Source: Lytechinus pictus
Lineage: Eukaryota
DNA: 64,000 nt
Assembly: GCF_037042905.1 (NCBI RefSeq)
Contig: NC_087251.1
Location: 37,264,001 to 37,328,000 of the forward strand
Direction: 5' to 3'
The notes under the pieces were generated by a model. The model had not been told where the DNA came from and ran no database searches. It saw only the letters and a list, made by a program, of their open reading frames with translations. The translations under genes were made by a program, and so were the position numbers. Within the stretch, counting starts at the first letter, position 1. Each line of letters opens with the position of its first letter. Shown here one piece after another: positions 40,287-53,900 of this stretch.

Positions 40287-40392
40287 CTGTCCCAGATGTT
40301 GAGGGCAGCTCCATCTCAATTTCCTCAGCCTTCTGCTTGGCGACATTTGCTAGAGCCATTTCCCCTTTATCGATGGCTAGATGGTGAATATC
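40287..40392 (-). CDS. WDPCP: WDPCP exon
   Basis: DIHHLAIDKGEMALANVAKQKAEEIEMELPSTSGT continues the previous exon in phase 0 and resembles vertebrate DIHYLALDKGELALAEVA; phase-1 donor. Confidence 0.92.
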
Positions 40393-40650
40393 CTGTAAAG
40401 AAGATATTAACACATAATCTGAATTAAGTTCCCAGCATTCTCTTTTAAACTAAAAACAATCACAATTTCCATGTCATAAACTAATAGAAATCCATCTTTA
40501 TTTCACTAAAAACTTTGATTAGTAAATCTGCTTAAAAACATAACTTACCTATAGTACAAATAGGCTTATAGGCTTGATTTATATTTTCTGTGGATGTAGA
40601 TTTATTTAATTTGATTCTTGTTTGCTTTTCTGAATTTTCAATTACTTTAA

Positions 40651-42217
40651 GGATGTTCCACGGTTAAAGTGAAATCCATGTCATTTTCACCAAAATTTGC
40701 ACATAGAAACTTTAGCACCTGAATGTTCCAAATATTCAAAATTTAATATGGGTCCATGTGCTTGATTTTTTGCTATAGATCTTCAAATTTCACCCAAATG
40801 GGTTTTCTTAAGAATTGTGAATTCAAAAGTTTTTGCATTTTTAGACCTCATGAGATCACTTCAATGAGTTTAAACCTCTATTAATCAGTCAAAATCTATG
40901 AAAATTTCATGAAATTTCACAATATAGTTCATAATTGTATCCTTAAGATGGAGAATCTATTTATATTGCTATTCGTGTGCTCTTTTAAGTCTAACAGCAC
41001 TGTCAGTGCTTATAAATGGTGTGAAAACTAAGAAAAACACAATCTAAAAAATGTGAAATTTCAATAACAAACTTGAGAAGTACAATAAATGCTGCACTTC
41101 ATTTAAAACCCATGTCATTTTCACCAAACTTTGCAAAATTGTCAAGGAAGGTATACCTAAGAGGTGCAAACATTAACAAAATAGGGGTTCATGTGTTTGT
41201 TTTCAAACTATCAGCACTTTTATTAGAGCAAATGTGCTTTTTAAAACACACAAAAATTACGCCAAATGCTTTGTATCTATGTGAGAAAAAATTCCAAACC
41301 ACTCAGGGTCATATTCGTCATACTTTGCAGCACTGCAGAGTAAAGTATTTAGATTTTTTAAAATGGTCCATGGAATAATTCCAGTGTATTAGCTTCATAC
41401 ATTCAGCCTGATACATTTGTTTCTATGTTTCAAAGGAACAATCTAATCCACACATATCCCACCCGGCTAAGTGACTCCTATCACCTTCCGCGTACTCGCA
41501 CTCTCCTTGCTCAAAGAACAATTGCATTTGAAGGGCCCAGGTTTTGGAACGATCTTCCCGATGATATGGTACATAGTGCCTCACTTAATATATTCAAACG
41601 TAAATTGAAAGCGATGCTTATAAATTCTTATAATTTCCCTTTGTAAAATTTTATATTCATGCACTTTGTTAATACGCTCTGGCCAAGTAATGAGTAAAAA
41701 ATAATTGTCATAGAGTGGCGGACTCTTTTTTATTAATTTTTTTTTTTTTTTTTTGTATTCCTTACACAATCGTCACATTTTTGGCATTACTTTGTTATAA
41801 TCAATTTACTTACCTGTCCTCTCCTCATTAAGACCGATTTTTTTTCTGGATCCTGCAGACTTAACAAGCCTTGCTTTTTTATGCAGGTTCCCTCATATTT
41901 CACTCTTTTAAATTGTCTTTAATTCCAAATCGCTATTTTATTTAATTTGAATTAATTGTTATGCCTTGTCTGATTTGTATTCTCATAAGTTTTCTGATAT
42001 TGTTTCATAATTTTGTTTGTACTTGTGAAATAAAATCAAATAAAAAAAATCAAATCATAAAATAACACATCGGATCTGCAGTTAGAGTGCAGATAATGAG
42101 AAAATTCATCTCATAACTACAGCTGATTAATCACCTGTTCATCCATTGTGACATCAGCGCGCAGAGTGTAAAATATGCGCAGCTCATGATGCACGCAAAC
42201 ATAACTGTGGAACGTCC
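40651..42217. mobile_element. Kolobok-like MITE (TTAA TSD) containing a LINE insertion
   Basis: TTAA|ggatgttccacggtta ... taactgtggaacgtcc|TTAA. Confidence 0.7.
41380..42058 (+). mobile_element. 5'-truncated LINE (CR1/L2-group) ORF2 end plus 3' UTR
   Basis: HTYPTR...RT...GPRFWNDLP...SLNIFKRKLK is a typical ORF2 C-terminus; AT-rich UTR ending aataaa/(aaatc)n. Confidence 0.85.
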
Positions 42218-42709
42218 TTAATTTGTTTTTGTTTTTTGAAGAAGAAGAAAAAGAAGAAAAAAAGGAAGGAGAGGAGAAGGAAAAATGAGAGAAAAGAGAG
42301 GGAGAAGAATAAGAACAAGAGATAAAAAGGAGGGGGAGTAGAAGAATAAAGGAGAGCACCTTCTTTCAAAGAGCTGTTACTGAGGCAAAGAAAAGAGTTA
42401 TGATTTTGAAGCTAAACAAGTGGAATGCTTCTGGCAGTTTCGCCGGCAGTACGCGATTCGATATAGCAGCAGTACTGACTTTGAAAACAACTATTGAATA
42501 ATTATTCACAAAAGAAAACACTCATATGAAAATAAAATACTATGTCCTTTGACCCGAAATTACTTTTGACCATGATCAATCAACCTAAGGCATGTGCAAA
42601 ACAATCATTCATACTTGATTACCCTTATGTTTCATGAAGTACATGTGTAGATCCATAAACTTTCAATTCAACAAATACCCCAAACACGGCCAAAGTTCAT
42701 TGACCTTAA

Positions 42710-45700
42710 TAGATGGGTCAATATACGACCAAAAATAGCCTTACCCGGAACAAATTGCAACAAATGATTTTTCAACGGTATTTTGTACTATTTGACCTCA
42801 GGAATAACATACTAAAAATCTACCAAAATCCGCATCCGGGAAAGTTGTTATTTTCAAGATGGCGTCCAAGATGGCCGCCATTCACTGAAAATGGATACAA
42901 CTGACACATTATCCACCTTATAATACTATTTCTGTTCATATTCCGTGGTCTGGGGGTACAAAAATTGATTTAGGCTAGAATGCATTATAAGCCCCCCAGT
43001 GTACCAGGCAAATCCAAGATGGCGCCCAAAATGGCTGATGTGGGCTGAAAATCAACAATTCATCTAAATTTGTTTCTTATTCAATGGTTTTAAGGGTGAA
43101 ATAGTACATTGAAACAAGTTACGAGGACAGCCAGTGGTCTGGTGTGTCCAAAAATCCAAGATGGCTTCCAAAAATGGAGTTTAAAATGGCTGTTGATAAT
43201 TAAAATGGACATAGTTCATTTCATATCCGCCTGGGACATAATGATTTTGGTGTCTAGACCATGATTTCAATGGTCAAATAAGACATTGGGACAAGTTACA
43301 ATGACAGTCAGTGGTCCAGTATGTTCAAAAATCCAAGATGGCTTTTAAAAATGGAGTCGAAAATTGCTGTTGCTACTTAAGAAAACCCGACATAGTTTGC
43401 TCAATGTCCAGAAATATGATTTTTGTGTCTATACCATGGTTAAATGGGTCAAATAATACACTGGGACAAGTTACAAGGAAGGTCAGTGGTCTGGTATGTG
43501 CAAAAATCCTCGATGGATTCTAAAAATTGATTCTGAAATGGCTGCTAATACTAAAGCGGACAAAGCTCATTTCATTTTGGCCTGGGATATGTGATTTTGA
43601 TGTCTAAACCACTGGTTTCAAGGGTCAAGTAATATATAAGGATAAGTTACAAGGACAGTCAATGGTCTGGTATGTCCAAAAATCGAAGATGGTGTCAAAA
43701 AATTGGTCTTAAAAATATGCTGCTGATACTTAAGCGGACAAAGCTCCTTTCATATCGGCCTGGAAATGTGATTTTGGTGTCTAAACCACTAGTTTCAAGG
43801 ATCAATTAATACATTAGGGCAAGTTACAAGGACAGTCAGTGACCTGGTCGGTCCAAAAATCTAAGTTGGCTTCCAAAAATTGATTCTAAATTGACTGCTG
43901 CTACTTAAAGCGGACATAGCTTATTTCATATCGGCATGGGAAATGCGATTTTGGTGTCTAAACCACTGGTTTAAGGGCCAAAATAATACATTAGGACACG
44001 TTTTGAGGCCAGTCAGTGGTCTGGTATGACCAAAAATCCAATATGGCTGCCAAAACTTGATTCTAAAATGGCTGTTGATACTTAAAAGTGGCATAGCTCA
44101 TTTTAAATCCGCCTGTGAGATATGATTTCTAAACTATGGTTTCAAGGGTCAAATTATATATTAGGACCAGACAATGGCAGTCAGTGGTCTAGTATGTCCA
44201 AAATTACAAGATGGCTTCCAAAAATGGAGTAAAAAAATGTCTTATGTTACTTATAAAAGGACATAGTTTGTTTAATATCTGTCTGGGGAATATGAATTTG
44301 GTGTTAAAAGCATGGTTTAAAAGGGTCAAGTAATACACTAGGGTAAGTTACAAGACGAGTCAATTGTCTGTATGTTAAAAAATCCAAGATTACTTCAAAA
44401 AAAATGGGATGTAAACTGACTATTGCTACTTAAAAGTATGCATAGTTTATTATAAATACACCTTGGAGTTATGGTTTTGCTGTCTATACAAGAGTTTACA
44501 GGGTCAAGCAATACATTGGGTTAAGTTGAAAGGACAGTCAGGTGTCAGGTATGTCCAAAAATCAAAGATGGCTTTAAAAATGGGGGTCTTAAATGACTGC
44601 TGTTACTTAAAAGTGGATGTAGAACATTATAAATACACCTTGGGGATACTATTTTGGTGTCTAAACTAGGGTTTCAAGGGCCAAACAATACTTTGGGACT
44701 GGTTACCATGATATGTAGCTATCCATTTTGCCTTAAAATCCAAGTTGGCTTAAAAAATGGGTTCTAAAGTGACTACTGTTACAAAAAATATCTACCTGTT
44801 AGAAATAATCTTAGTGCCTACACTTAAATGCATGGGGACAAGTTGTCATATTGTTTCATGGGTTGGTAACAGCACAAATTTTAGAATCCATCATGGATTC
44901 TTTGACAAAATGGAGTACTAACCATCCTTGTTACTTGTCCGAATGTATTATTTGACCCTTCATACCACAATTTGGACACCATCATTATTTCTTGCAGATG
45001 AATATTGTAGAACTCTGACCACTATTGAATGATATGAGTCGTTTTAGATTCCTTTTCAAAAAACCCTCTTGTGTTTTAGGCTAACTGGACAACTGCATAT
45101 CAATGTAACCAGTCCAAACGTATTATTTTAACCATGAAAACATAGTGTGGACACCGAAATCATATCTCCTAGGTGGATTTTAACTGAACTATGTCCATTT
45201 TTAACGTTACAGCAGGCATTTTAGACTCCGATTTTTGGAAGCTTTCTTAGATTTTCGACATACTGGACCACTGACTGTCCTTGTAACTAATTTTCTGCCT
45301 TTTGGAACCATGATATAGGCAACAAAATCATATGCCCTTGACGAATAAAACATGAACTATGTCCATTTTTAAATACCATCGCGGCTAATTGATACCATTT
45401 TTTAAGCAACCGTGGACTTTTGGACATACTTGACCACCAATAGTCCTTGTAACTTATCTTAATTTATTATTTGACCCACTTAACCATGGTATAGGCACAA
45501 AAATCATATTCCCGGATATTGAACAAACTATTTTTTTTTTAAAGTAGCAACAACATTTTTTACTCCATTTTTGGAAGCCATCTTGGATTTTTTAACATAC
45601 CGGACCACTGACTGTCCTTGTAACTTGTCCCAATGTATTATTTGACCATTGAAACCATGGTCTAGACACCAAAATCATATCTCTCAGGTGGATGTGATAT

Positions 45701-46223
45701 GAGCTATGTCCATTTTAATGATTAACAGCCATTTTAAACTCAATTTTTGGAAGCCATCTTGTATTTTTGGACGCACCAGACCACTGGCTGTCCTTGTAAC
45801 TTGTCCCGACGTACTACTTCATCATTATCACAATCGAATGGAAACCAAATTAGAGCCACTTAAGTAAGTAATAGATGAATTGTGGATTTTTTAGACTACG
45901 GCAGCCATTTTGGGCGCCTTCTTGGATTTTCCTGGTACCCTGGAGTGCTAATATTCACCCTAACTTGTATAAATAAATTATTTTACCCATTGGACCATAG
46001 AATGTGAACCCAAATAGGATTCTAGGGTGGATAATGAGTGAGTTATATAAATTTTTAGTGAATGGCGGCCATCTTGGACGCCATCTTGAAAATAATCACT
46101 TTCCCGGATGCGGATTTTGGTAGATTTTTAGTATGTTATTCCTGAGGTCAAAAAGTACAAAATACCGTTGTAAAATCATTTGTTGCAATTTGTTCCGGGT
46201 CAAACCATATATTGACCCGTCTA
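42710..46223. mobile_element. Non-autonomous foldback DNA transposon, Academ-like
   Basis: TAG...CTA termini, perfect TSD TAA (42707-42709 and 46224-46226), long near-identical TIRs, inverted arrays of ~180-bp units with aaaatccaagatggc. Confidence 0.85.
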
Positions 46224-46301
46224 TAAATGAACTTGATCTTGGTCATGTGACCTGAAACACACACAGAATATTCAGGGATACATGGTTACTCTTATCTCCA
46301 A

Positions 46302-47590
46302 GGGTGTGTTTAGGCTTCCATTGCAGAGACAGAATCAGCGTTTTCAAATGTCGTTATAGATCGCCGATCGCAAACATCGTTCTGGGACTCTGTTTCTGCT
46401 TCGTTTTTTAGAGGCAAAATCCCAATTTGCAGCTGGCTTCCCATCATAATTTTTGTTGAGCAGGAAATTGAGGTCAAATTTGGTGCACCATTTTTCAATA
46501 GTTTTTTTTCCCTCGAGTGTTTTTTTTATTTCTATCAATTTCTGATCTTTTAGTAATTGCATGGAACTACTTGACATAGCCATAGAATTTCCACCATGAT
46601 GAGGATAATAATAATACAAAATATAGAATACTAAAGTATACGTAAGAAAATAACAAGACATACATTTGTTCATGCTTGTGGGGCTTCTGGCTCAGTGATG
46701 TCTCCTCACCATAATTCATATTCTGGGTTTTTTGTAAATCCCTCAACATGCATCATGATATACATTGGTCATGATTAGAATCAAGGAGATGAAAGGTAAG
46801 TCCCTGTTACAACCATGCGACTGTATACAAATAGCGAATAGGCATGAGTGCGATGGTGCGAGATTTCGCATGAGGTGAAAGAAAGATGCTCATTATTCAA
46901 TGAGGCGTAAGCCGAGTTGAATAGAGCGTTTCTTTCTTTCACCGAATGCGAAATCTCGCACCATTGCACGAATAAGAATATTCGCTATTTGTGTTGTACA
47001 ACGCCTCGGAATTTAGCGAAAATATGAAAAACAAAGAGTTTATCCCTATAGTAATCTATGAAAAGGGAGCAAAAATACCGAAAGCAGAAAGCAAAATCCC
47101 ACAAGCGCACATGACCTTGGGCAGCTTTGCGCATTTAGCCAGCTGGCTTATACGCGTATTGTTCATTTTTACCGAGCGCAATGAATTAAATCGTATTGTG
47201 ACGTCACCTCCTAAAGCCGTGCAACGGTACATTTTGGTTGGTACGTCTTTTGTGCAACGGTACGAATGTTTGACATTCAGCCTCCCATTTGCTCGCGTAC
47301 AACAAGCTAAGTAGGCGTTGTACAATATTTGCCCGCGGATGTTCAACTCACTGGAAGCATGTACCAAATGACGTCATTTGAACAGGTTTACGATCATGGT
47401 TCTGTTTATACTTCCCCGGAAACCCTGATTCTGATCTAACAATGTTTTAAAACGTACCTTTTTGTAAGTTTACGATCTGCATTCTGAAACGTCGTTTAAA
47501 TGAAAGTAAATATGGACACAACTGTGTTATGGATTAATCACATATGAAAACGTTGATTCTGGCCTGAAAAGTGGAAGCATAAACACGCCC
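46302..47590. mobile_element. PIF/Harbinger-like non-autonomous element
   Basis: gggtgtgtttaggcttcca ... tggaagcataaacacgccc, flanked by caa / taa. Confidence 0.65.
46824..47330. mobile_element. Second copy of the hairpin (Crypton-like) element
   Basis: Reverse complement of 39325-39930. Confidence 0.6.
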
Positions 47591-48819
47591 TAAGTTTCAT
47601 GAACTAGATCCATTCAAACTTTTAAGATTATGAAGACATTTCCACAAATAACCCCAATATTGTCAAAATTTGTTGACCCTAAATGACCTTTGACCTTGAT
47701 CATGTGACCTTAATTGATGTTCAGAGATAATTAATTGCTCTTATGTCGAAGTTTTATGAACTAGATCCATAAAATTTCAAAGTTATGATGACAATTCCAC
47801 AAATACCCCCAACATGGCCAAAGTTCGTTGACCCTAAGTAACCTTTGACCTAGTCATGTGACCTGAAACTAACGCAGGATATTCAGTAATGCACTATTAC
47901 CCTTATGTCTAAGTTTCATGAACTAGGTCCATATACTTTCTAAGTTATGATAACCTTTCAAAAATTTAAAATTCGTTAAGATTTCAATGTTGTGGACGCC
48001 GCTGACAAAAACAGGCTTAAATGCGAAAGAGAAAAATAATGTGCAGAGTTGGTCACACCCACAAGCAAGAAGATAAGCCTTCCAATATTATTTTGACAAT
48101 TTTTTTCAGTGATTTTTTTAAGAGGAATAACCAAATAATAAAACTTTTAATGAGTCAAATTCAGACTCATAAATTGAACAGTTACATGTAAGTCCATCTC
48201 CTAGAAGCTCTCAGGTTTTAAATATTCTCTAGGTAGCCTATAATAACACATTAAATTGGTTTTGTTGTGTTTTGTGGTGAATGGTGGATGATTTCTTCAT
48301 TTGATTTTTTTTCTTTGTATAGATAACCAATTCCAAATCATATTTGGCACTCAAATTTACTTATTTATTATTTAATCGGCACTTCAAAGTTCAAACATAT
48401 TCAAGATTACAAAAGCAATATCAATCATTACATAAAATATTATACAGGTACATGCAATATTTGATAGCAGTTTACCCAGTGCATCAGTTGGTGGCCAGGG
48501 AACGGGAGAGCAAACTTAATCACTGTGACCGGATGGTCCCTCCGCCCAACCAACCGATGCACTGGGAATACTGGTAAAATATAGCATGAAGAAAAATACA
48601 ATGACAATTGCGGGGATATAAAGGCAAAAAAAAATATTACGCCTTTATACAAAAATAAATAGATATATTTAAGATAGAAAATCATAAATTAGAAGTATAA
48701 TGTTATAAAACAAAATGAGAAATCATGCGAGGTTTGTACTGAAATTAGATTTAAAACAGTGTGAAGGAATATATCAGAATGATAAAAATGAAGGTAATTA
48801 TTAATGCATATACATGTAT

Positions 48820-49328
48820 GGAAGGGGGTCCTAAAGCTACGCACCACTTATCGCGCATGCAGTTTTAATGGCAAATGCGCACTCTGTGTGTGAAATTTTG
48901 ACTGCAGAGTGACAAATGATTCGATTCAATTTTTTTTCGACAGAGGCTGCAGTAAATCTCTAAATGCAGAGAAAACCCGTAACTGTTTAGAATTTTGGAG
49001 TTATATTTGCATTAATTTCATATTATCCTAAATTATATGAACATATTTTAGAAATTGAGGCACGGAAAATACTATTTTTCTGCATGACAAATCGAGTGAG
49101 TAGCTTTAGGACCCCTTCTACATCGGGCGGCGAAATCAAGAGGTGTTCGGAAAACACGGCGGGATATTTTCGTATTAGTGAGTGTTGTGATATTTTCTTC
49201 TTGGTTACCGGTAATGATCTTTAGAATGTTTGCCACAAATTAGTGAAAGATGATTTGTTCAAATATTAAAATTGGCATAGTTTTTATCGTTTGTAAACAA
49301 AGTGCGTAGCTTTAGGTCCCCCCTTCAT
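48820..49328. mobile_element. MITE with an additional internal TIR copy
   Basis: gaagggggtcctaaagctacgcac ... gtgcgtagctttaggtcccccttc; an extra gtagctttaggacccct near 49100. Confidence 0.65.
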
Positions 49329-50770
49329 ATTACATCTTTCTATTGGAACTGAAAGTTGATAATTATGGCACTAAAAATCACTAAAAATTAAAGGATGAAT
49401 ATACTGTAATAGTGTAATGACCATGACTCTTCAAATAGAGTATAGATAACGATGGTAAGAAAGCTTAACAGTGGTTACAGGATTTTATCATTAGAATAAT
49501 TACAATCATTACAAAAAATTACAAATCATTCCAAATTATATGAAAATGCTAAATAGTACATACAATACTTTTCTTCACCATTAAAACATGTGAAATGAGC
49601 CCTGTCTAGGAAAATACAGTGTAATTTTTTACACTTATTACTTCAGGTTTTAACCCGATCTCACACAATGGATTGAGCTAAACCAGAGTTCAGATTATGC
49701 GTCATTGACCATAAAGATGAATACCAGTTGTGGTAACGATCTCAAAATGAGTTCGAACAGAATCCAACGTAATTGCCACCAAAGTGTTTGTATGTTTAAA
49801 TAAAAAGATATGTGCCAAATAGCTCTGGAAGAAAATTTGTAAATGCTGAGAAATTAGCAAAATAAGCACAGAATTCCATCAAGTGTTGGGTATTTTTTTT
49901 GAAGCAATATTAATACACTGTCCCACATATGCTTTTATGTGTTAATCATCATCACAATTATCGATCAATTACCCTTGATTTAACAGACTTTCTCATGTTG
50001 CTGCAACAAATATCGTTTACCTTAAAGTCTATTAACTAAACATGGATTGGATTAATGGCTTATATCTGCTTGATAACAATCTAACAGTTGAAATTATAGA
50101 AGTTCATCAAGACTCACCAAGGATGATCAAATTTATATCCCTGGAATAGCTTCAAAACTCCATTGGATTTATATCAAATTTTCTCATCATCTGGCCTCAT
50201 AAATAAGTCTTCTTTTACATATTGAGCATGTCTTCTTTTAAATGCAATCATTACAAAAATAATATTCAAACAAAAATTTAAACCCTGAATACAATTCCAT
50301 TCAAAGTCACCTCAATTCTTTAAAAGCAAAATATGTTTCATTCTTGGGTAAAGACATATGGACAAGTGGAAAATCTAGGAGATTAAGAAAATAAGTTCAA
50401 AGGTTCATAGCCCACCCTGAGTCCACCAAACTGAGGTAAATGGAAAATTGCCTTTAAATATACAAGAAGAATTTTTCATTTAGCACAGGTCTACATAAAG
50501 CTTAGCAGCAACAGCTAGAATACCTTTTTTTAAATTATCATTTTGACTGGTTTTCACTAAACTAGTTTAAGAAAGTAGATGAGAAGGTAGTCTTAGCTTT
50601 ACAACCATCATAGAAGTATAGTTATCTTGCCAAAGAAGCAGCTCATGCAAACTTCAGATACCAAGTAATTTCACGGTATAAAGGAAGGAATATTTGATTC
50701 TTTTTCTTTGTATCTATAAGGTGTCTCAGAAAAGACAAACTGCTATTAATTAAGCTTTATCTCACTCAAT

Positions 50771-50929
50771 GGCTGATATTCTGAACTTTGGTGATTTGGA
50801 ATTGATTATCCAGTAGTAAACATTGTACCACATTTGGCTTCCCATATAGTTCAATGGTCAGATTCAAGTTAAACCAAAGTTCAGTCTCTGACCAGTGACC
50901 ATGGTTAATCCAATGTTCAGAATATGGGC
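50771..50929. mobile_element. Small MITE
   Basis: ggctgatattctgaac ... gttcagaatatgggc. Confidence 0.55.
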
Positions 50930-50966
50930 TACTGACCTTAAGATAATGGATTGGATTAATCGCTTT

Positions 50967-53900
50967 TGTCATGTCTCATGCATAACTCAATCATACAAGC
51001 TCATTCATCCAGGACTACCGACAGAACTACGCTAGGCAGTGATTTACAGTTCATACAGTTACTTCGGTATAATGCTTCTTGGTTACAATGACGTCATAAT
51101 CGCAAGTGCATTTGCATATATCACACTCCTCCCTCCTTAGCTTATTCCTCTGTCGCGACCAAAATAATTTAATTAACCTTGTTTTTAGTTTTGTCTGATT
51201 AAAGACACACTAGTTTCTTTTACCGCCGTTTTTAGATACGTCACAATCTTTGCAAAACGTATCACTTATAATTTCCTCCGCTGACTAAGTAGTCCAGCTA
51301 TAATATATTTTCATTATTGCTTAAAGATAACAGTGAAGTATTTGTATATATTAAAAAGAAGATTACATGATATATCAATTGTTTTAATATATTTATTTAT
51401 TACCTACCTTCTCATTCGGAAGCCATGATTTATTTTATTAAAATAGTCCAATAACTCAGGCAAGTCCTTCCGGGAAGGTGCGTTTAGCGTCACTTGCAGC
51501 TAATTAGTAATCGGGAAAGGTGGACCCTGACCGTACGGTATACGTCTTCGATATAAATCGATGTTCTGTTTGTACGTGGCAAGGCATTTAATTAATCAGC
51601 CAAGCCATGTACTACAAATGCGGTCCGCCACCGGGTTCCGAGCTGCTTTCTGCACGTGTATGTGTAAATCATATTTTTACCGCCCCATGGCCAGGGGGTT
51701 CTTTTCTCCTATATTAAAAGAAGTCATCAATCTAACACTTGACTCCGGTGTTTTTCTGTCGGGTGTATTTCTTAATCGAGGAATCTGCTCGGTTTCTTCA
51801 CCTCCAAAACTTTAACCAAAATCCAATGTGTTTTCTTATATGAAAAACTTACATCACTTTTGCTAATTTCCTTCTTTTTTTTTAAAGTTGTTCAACCTTG
51901 TTTTATTCTTTTCTTTTGCAATATAGACAATATCAAAAATTATCACAAGCCAAAAAATTCCTCATTTTTAAAACGTATGTTTTTTTTGTTTGTTTTTTTT
52001 CCAAAAGAAAATCAAGCCATGAAAATACAAATTTTCATCCAATCGATCAATGATGATCTTTGCCCAATTTTGTCTTAGCAACAAATAAGAAACATATTTA
52101 CAAACAAAATCTGAGTTGTGTCGTTGACTTTGTGATTTACAAGTTTTGCACCGTTTTGTTGTACTGCCAAAATATCAATGACAAAAATTAATGTAAGGCT
52201 GGCCAATAAATGGTATATGAAAATCATTTTTTTCCTCCTGTATTTCAACAACGATTTCTTTAAAATTTACGTTTTCCAGTATAGTATGCTAAATACAAAT
52301 AATCGGTTTCAAGTGTTTGTTGGACTTGATTAAAGAATATAATTGCTTTAACTGTCATATCGTGCAAACAACACCACTCAAATCTTGAAGAAAATAAACA
52401 TCAAAAATATCTTCTAACACTAGAAAACTTAAACTATATTTACAAACTTCATCCTTCATCTGTTACATGGACTCGATGAGCCGATCTGGCGTCTTCCTTA
52501 CACGCTTAGAACGTCGAAGAGGGAGTACCTCACCAGAATTGGGAGGCATAGTGTCAGGATCATCTTCGATCTGTGAGTCCGCCTGTATGGGAGAGTGATT
52601 ACCCTCCAGACTTTCTGGGGCAGACAAATGTCTTTCAGTTTCTAAAGTCTCTGTTGGATCCACAGGCGCTGGTGGTGTTGGCACCTGTGTATGAGTGGAA
52701 TCGTTCATCGACACCTTGCATTCTGACCGCAACTGATCCACATGTCTTTTCCAGACTCTGCCATCCTCCAGGATGACTACATAGGACTTTGGTGCTCGTC
52801 GTTCAGCGACTGTTCCTGACCACCAAGTTTCATCTTGACGAAAGTCTTTGACCAACACGCGATCTCCAGGGAAGAATTCACGCAGACCATGATGTTTGTC
52901 ATGATGAAGCTTTTGGTCACTCTGCTTGTTGATGACCTTGTCCTTGGTACTAGGTCTGACCAAGCTGAGACGTGTGCGAAGCTCCCGTCCAAGAAATAAA
53001 CTTGCTGGGGTCTGTACAGTTGTCGCATGCTTGGTTGAGCGATATGTAAGCAGGAAACTATCCAAGCACTGCTGAAAACTGCGACCTTGAGCTTTGCTGG
53101 CACTCAATGATCTTTTAAAGGATTGTACCATCCTTTCAGCTGCACCGTTACTTGCGGCATGATATGGTGCAACCTTGACGTGCTTCACACCATTTCTCCT
53201 GAGAAAATCCTCAAATTCCTCACTCACAAATTGTGGGCTGTTGTCGCTTGCTGAACAAGTCCCTCAATGCTGAAATAGTTGCAGCTGACGTTGTACTTGA
53301 CATCATTATGACCTCTGGCCACTTGGAATATGCATCTGTGATGACTAGATAGTCTTTTCTTGTCCTTCTGGGCATAATCTATGTGTATACGTGTCCATGG
53401 TGACTGTGGCCATACCCATGTCATAAGTGGTGCCACTGTTCGAACGTTCCGAGTCTGCTGGCAAGTCTGGCATGACTTTACCATCTGCTCTATGTCATAG
53501 TCAATCCTGGGCCACCAAACATGACTGCGAGCAATTTCCTTCATACGCACCATGCCAGGATGCGCTGTATGCAACTCTTGTAGAATGTCTCTTTGTAGAC
53601 TAGGAGGGACAATCACTCGATAACCCCACAAGAGGCAATCCTGTTTCATCCTTCCTTCTGATGAATGGTTTGCGTCTTTCATCTTGTTTGTCCTCCACCC
53701 ATGTTCCCGTTTTCACCATGTGGAGAATCCTAGAAAGCACAGGATCTGTTCTTGTCTTGTTCTGGATTTCTTTGCTAGTGATAGGAAGGCTCTCAATGTG
53801 ATAGGCTGTAATGTTATAGATGTCGTCATCTGCTTGCAGTTTCCGGTAAGGGAAGTCGTGACAAAGCATCTGCCACCAGATTCTGGTTGCCTGAAATATA

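Larger units (their letters stand above)
42414..48006 (+). mobile_element. HINE-like family A carrying nested insertions
   Basis: Host sequence is rejoined across 42709/46224 and 46301/47591. Confidence 0.72.

Noticed and set aside
39809..40427. Plus-strand His/Ile/Ser-rich ORFs
   Set aside because: Translation artefacts of the (CAT)n microsatellite.
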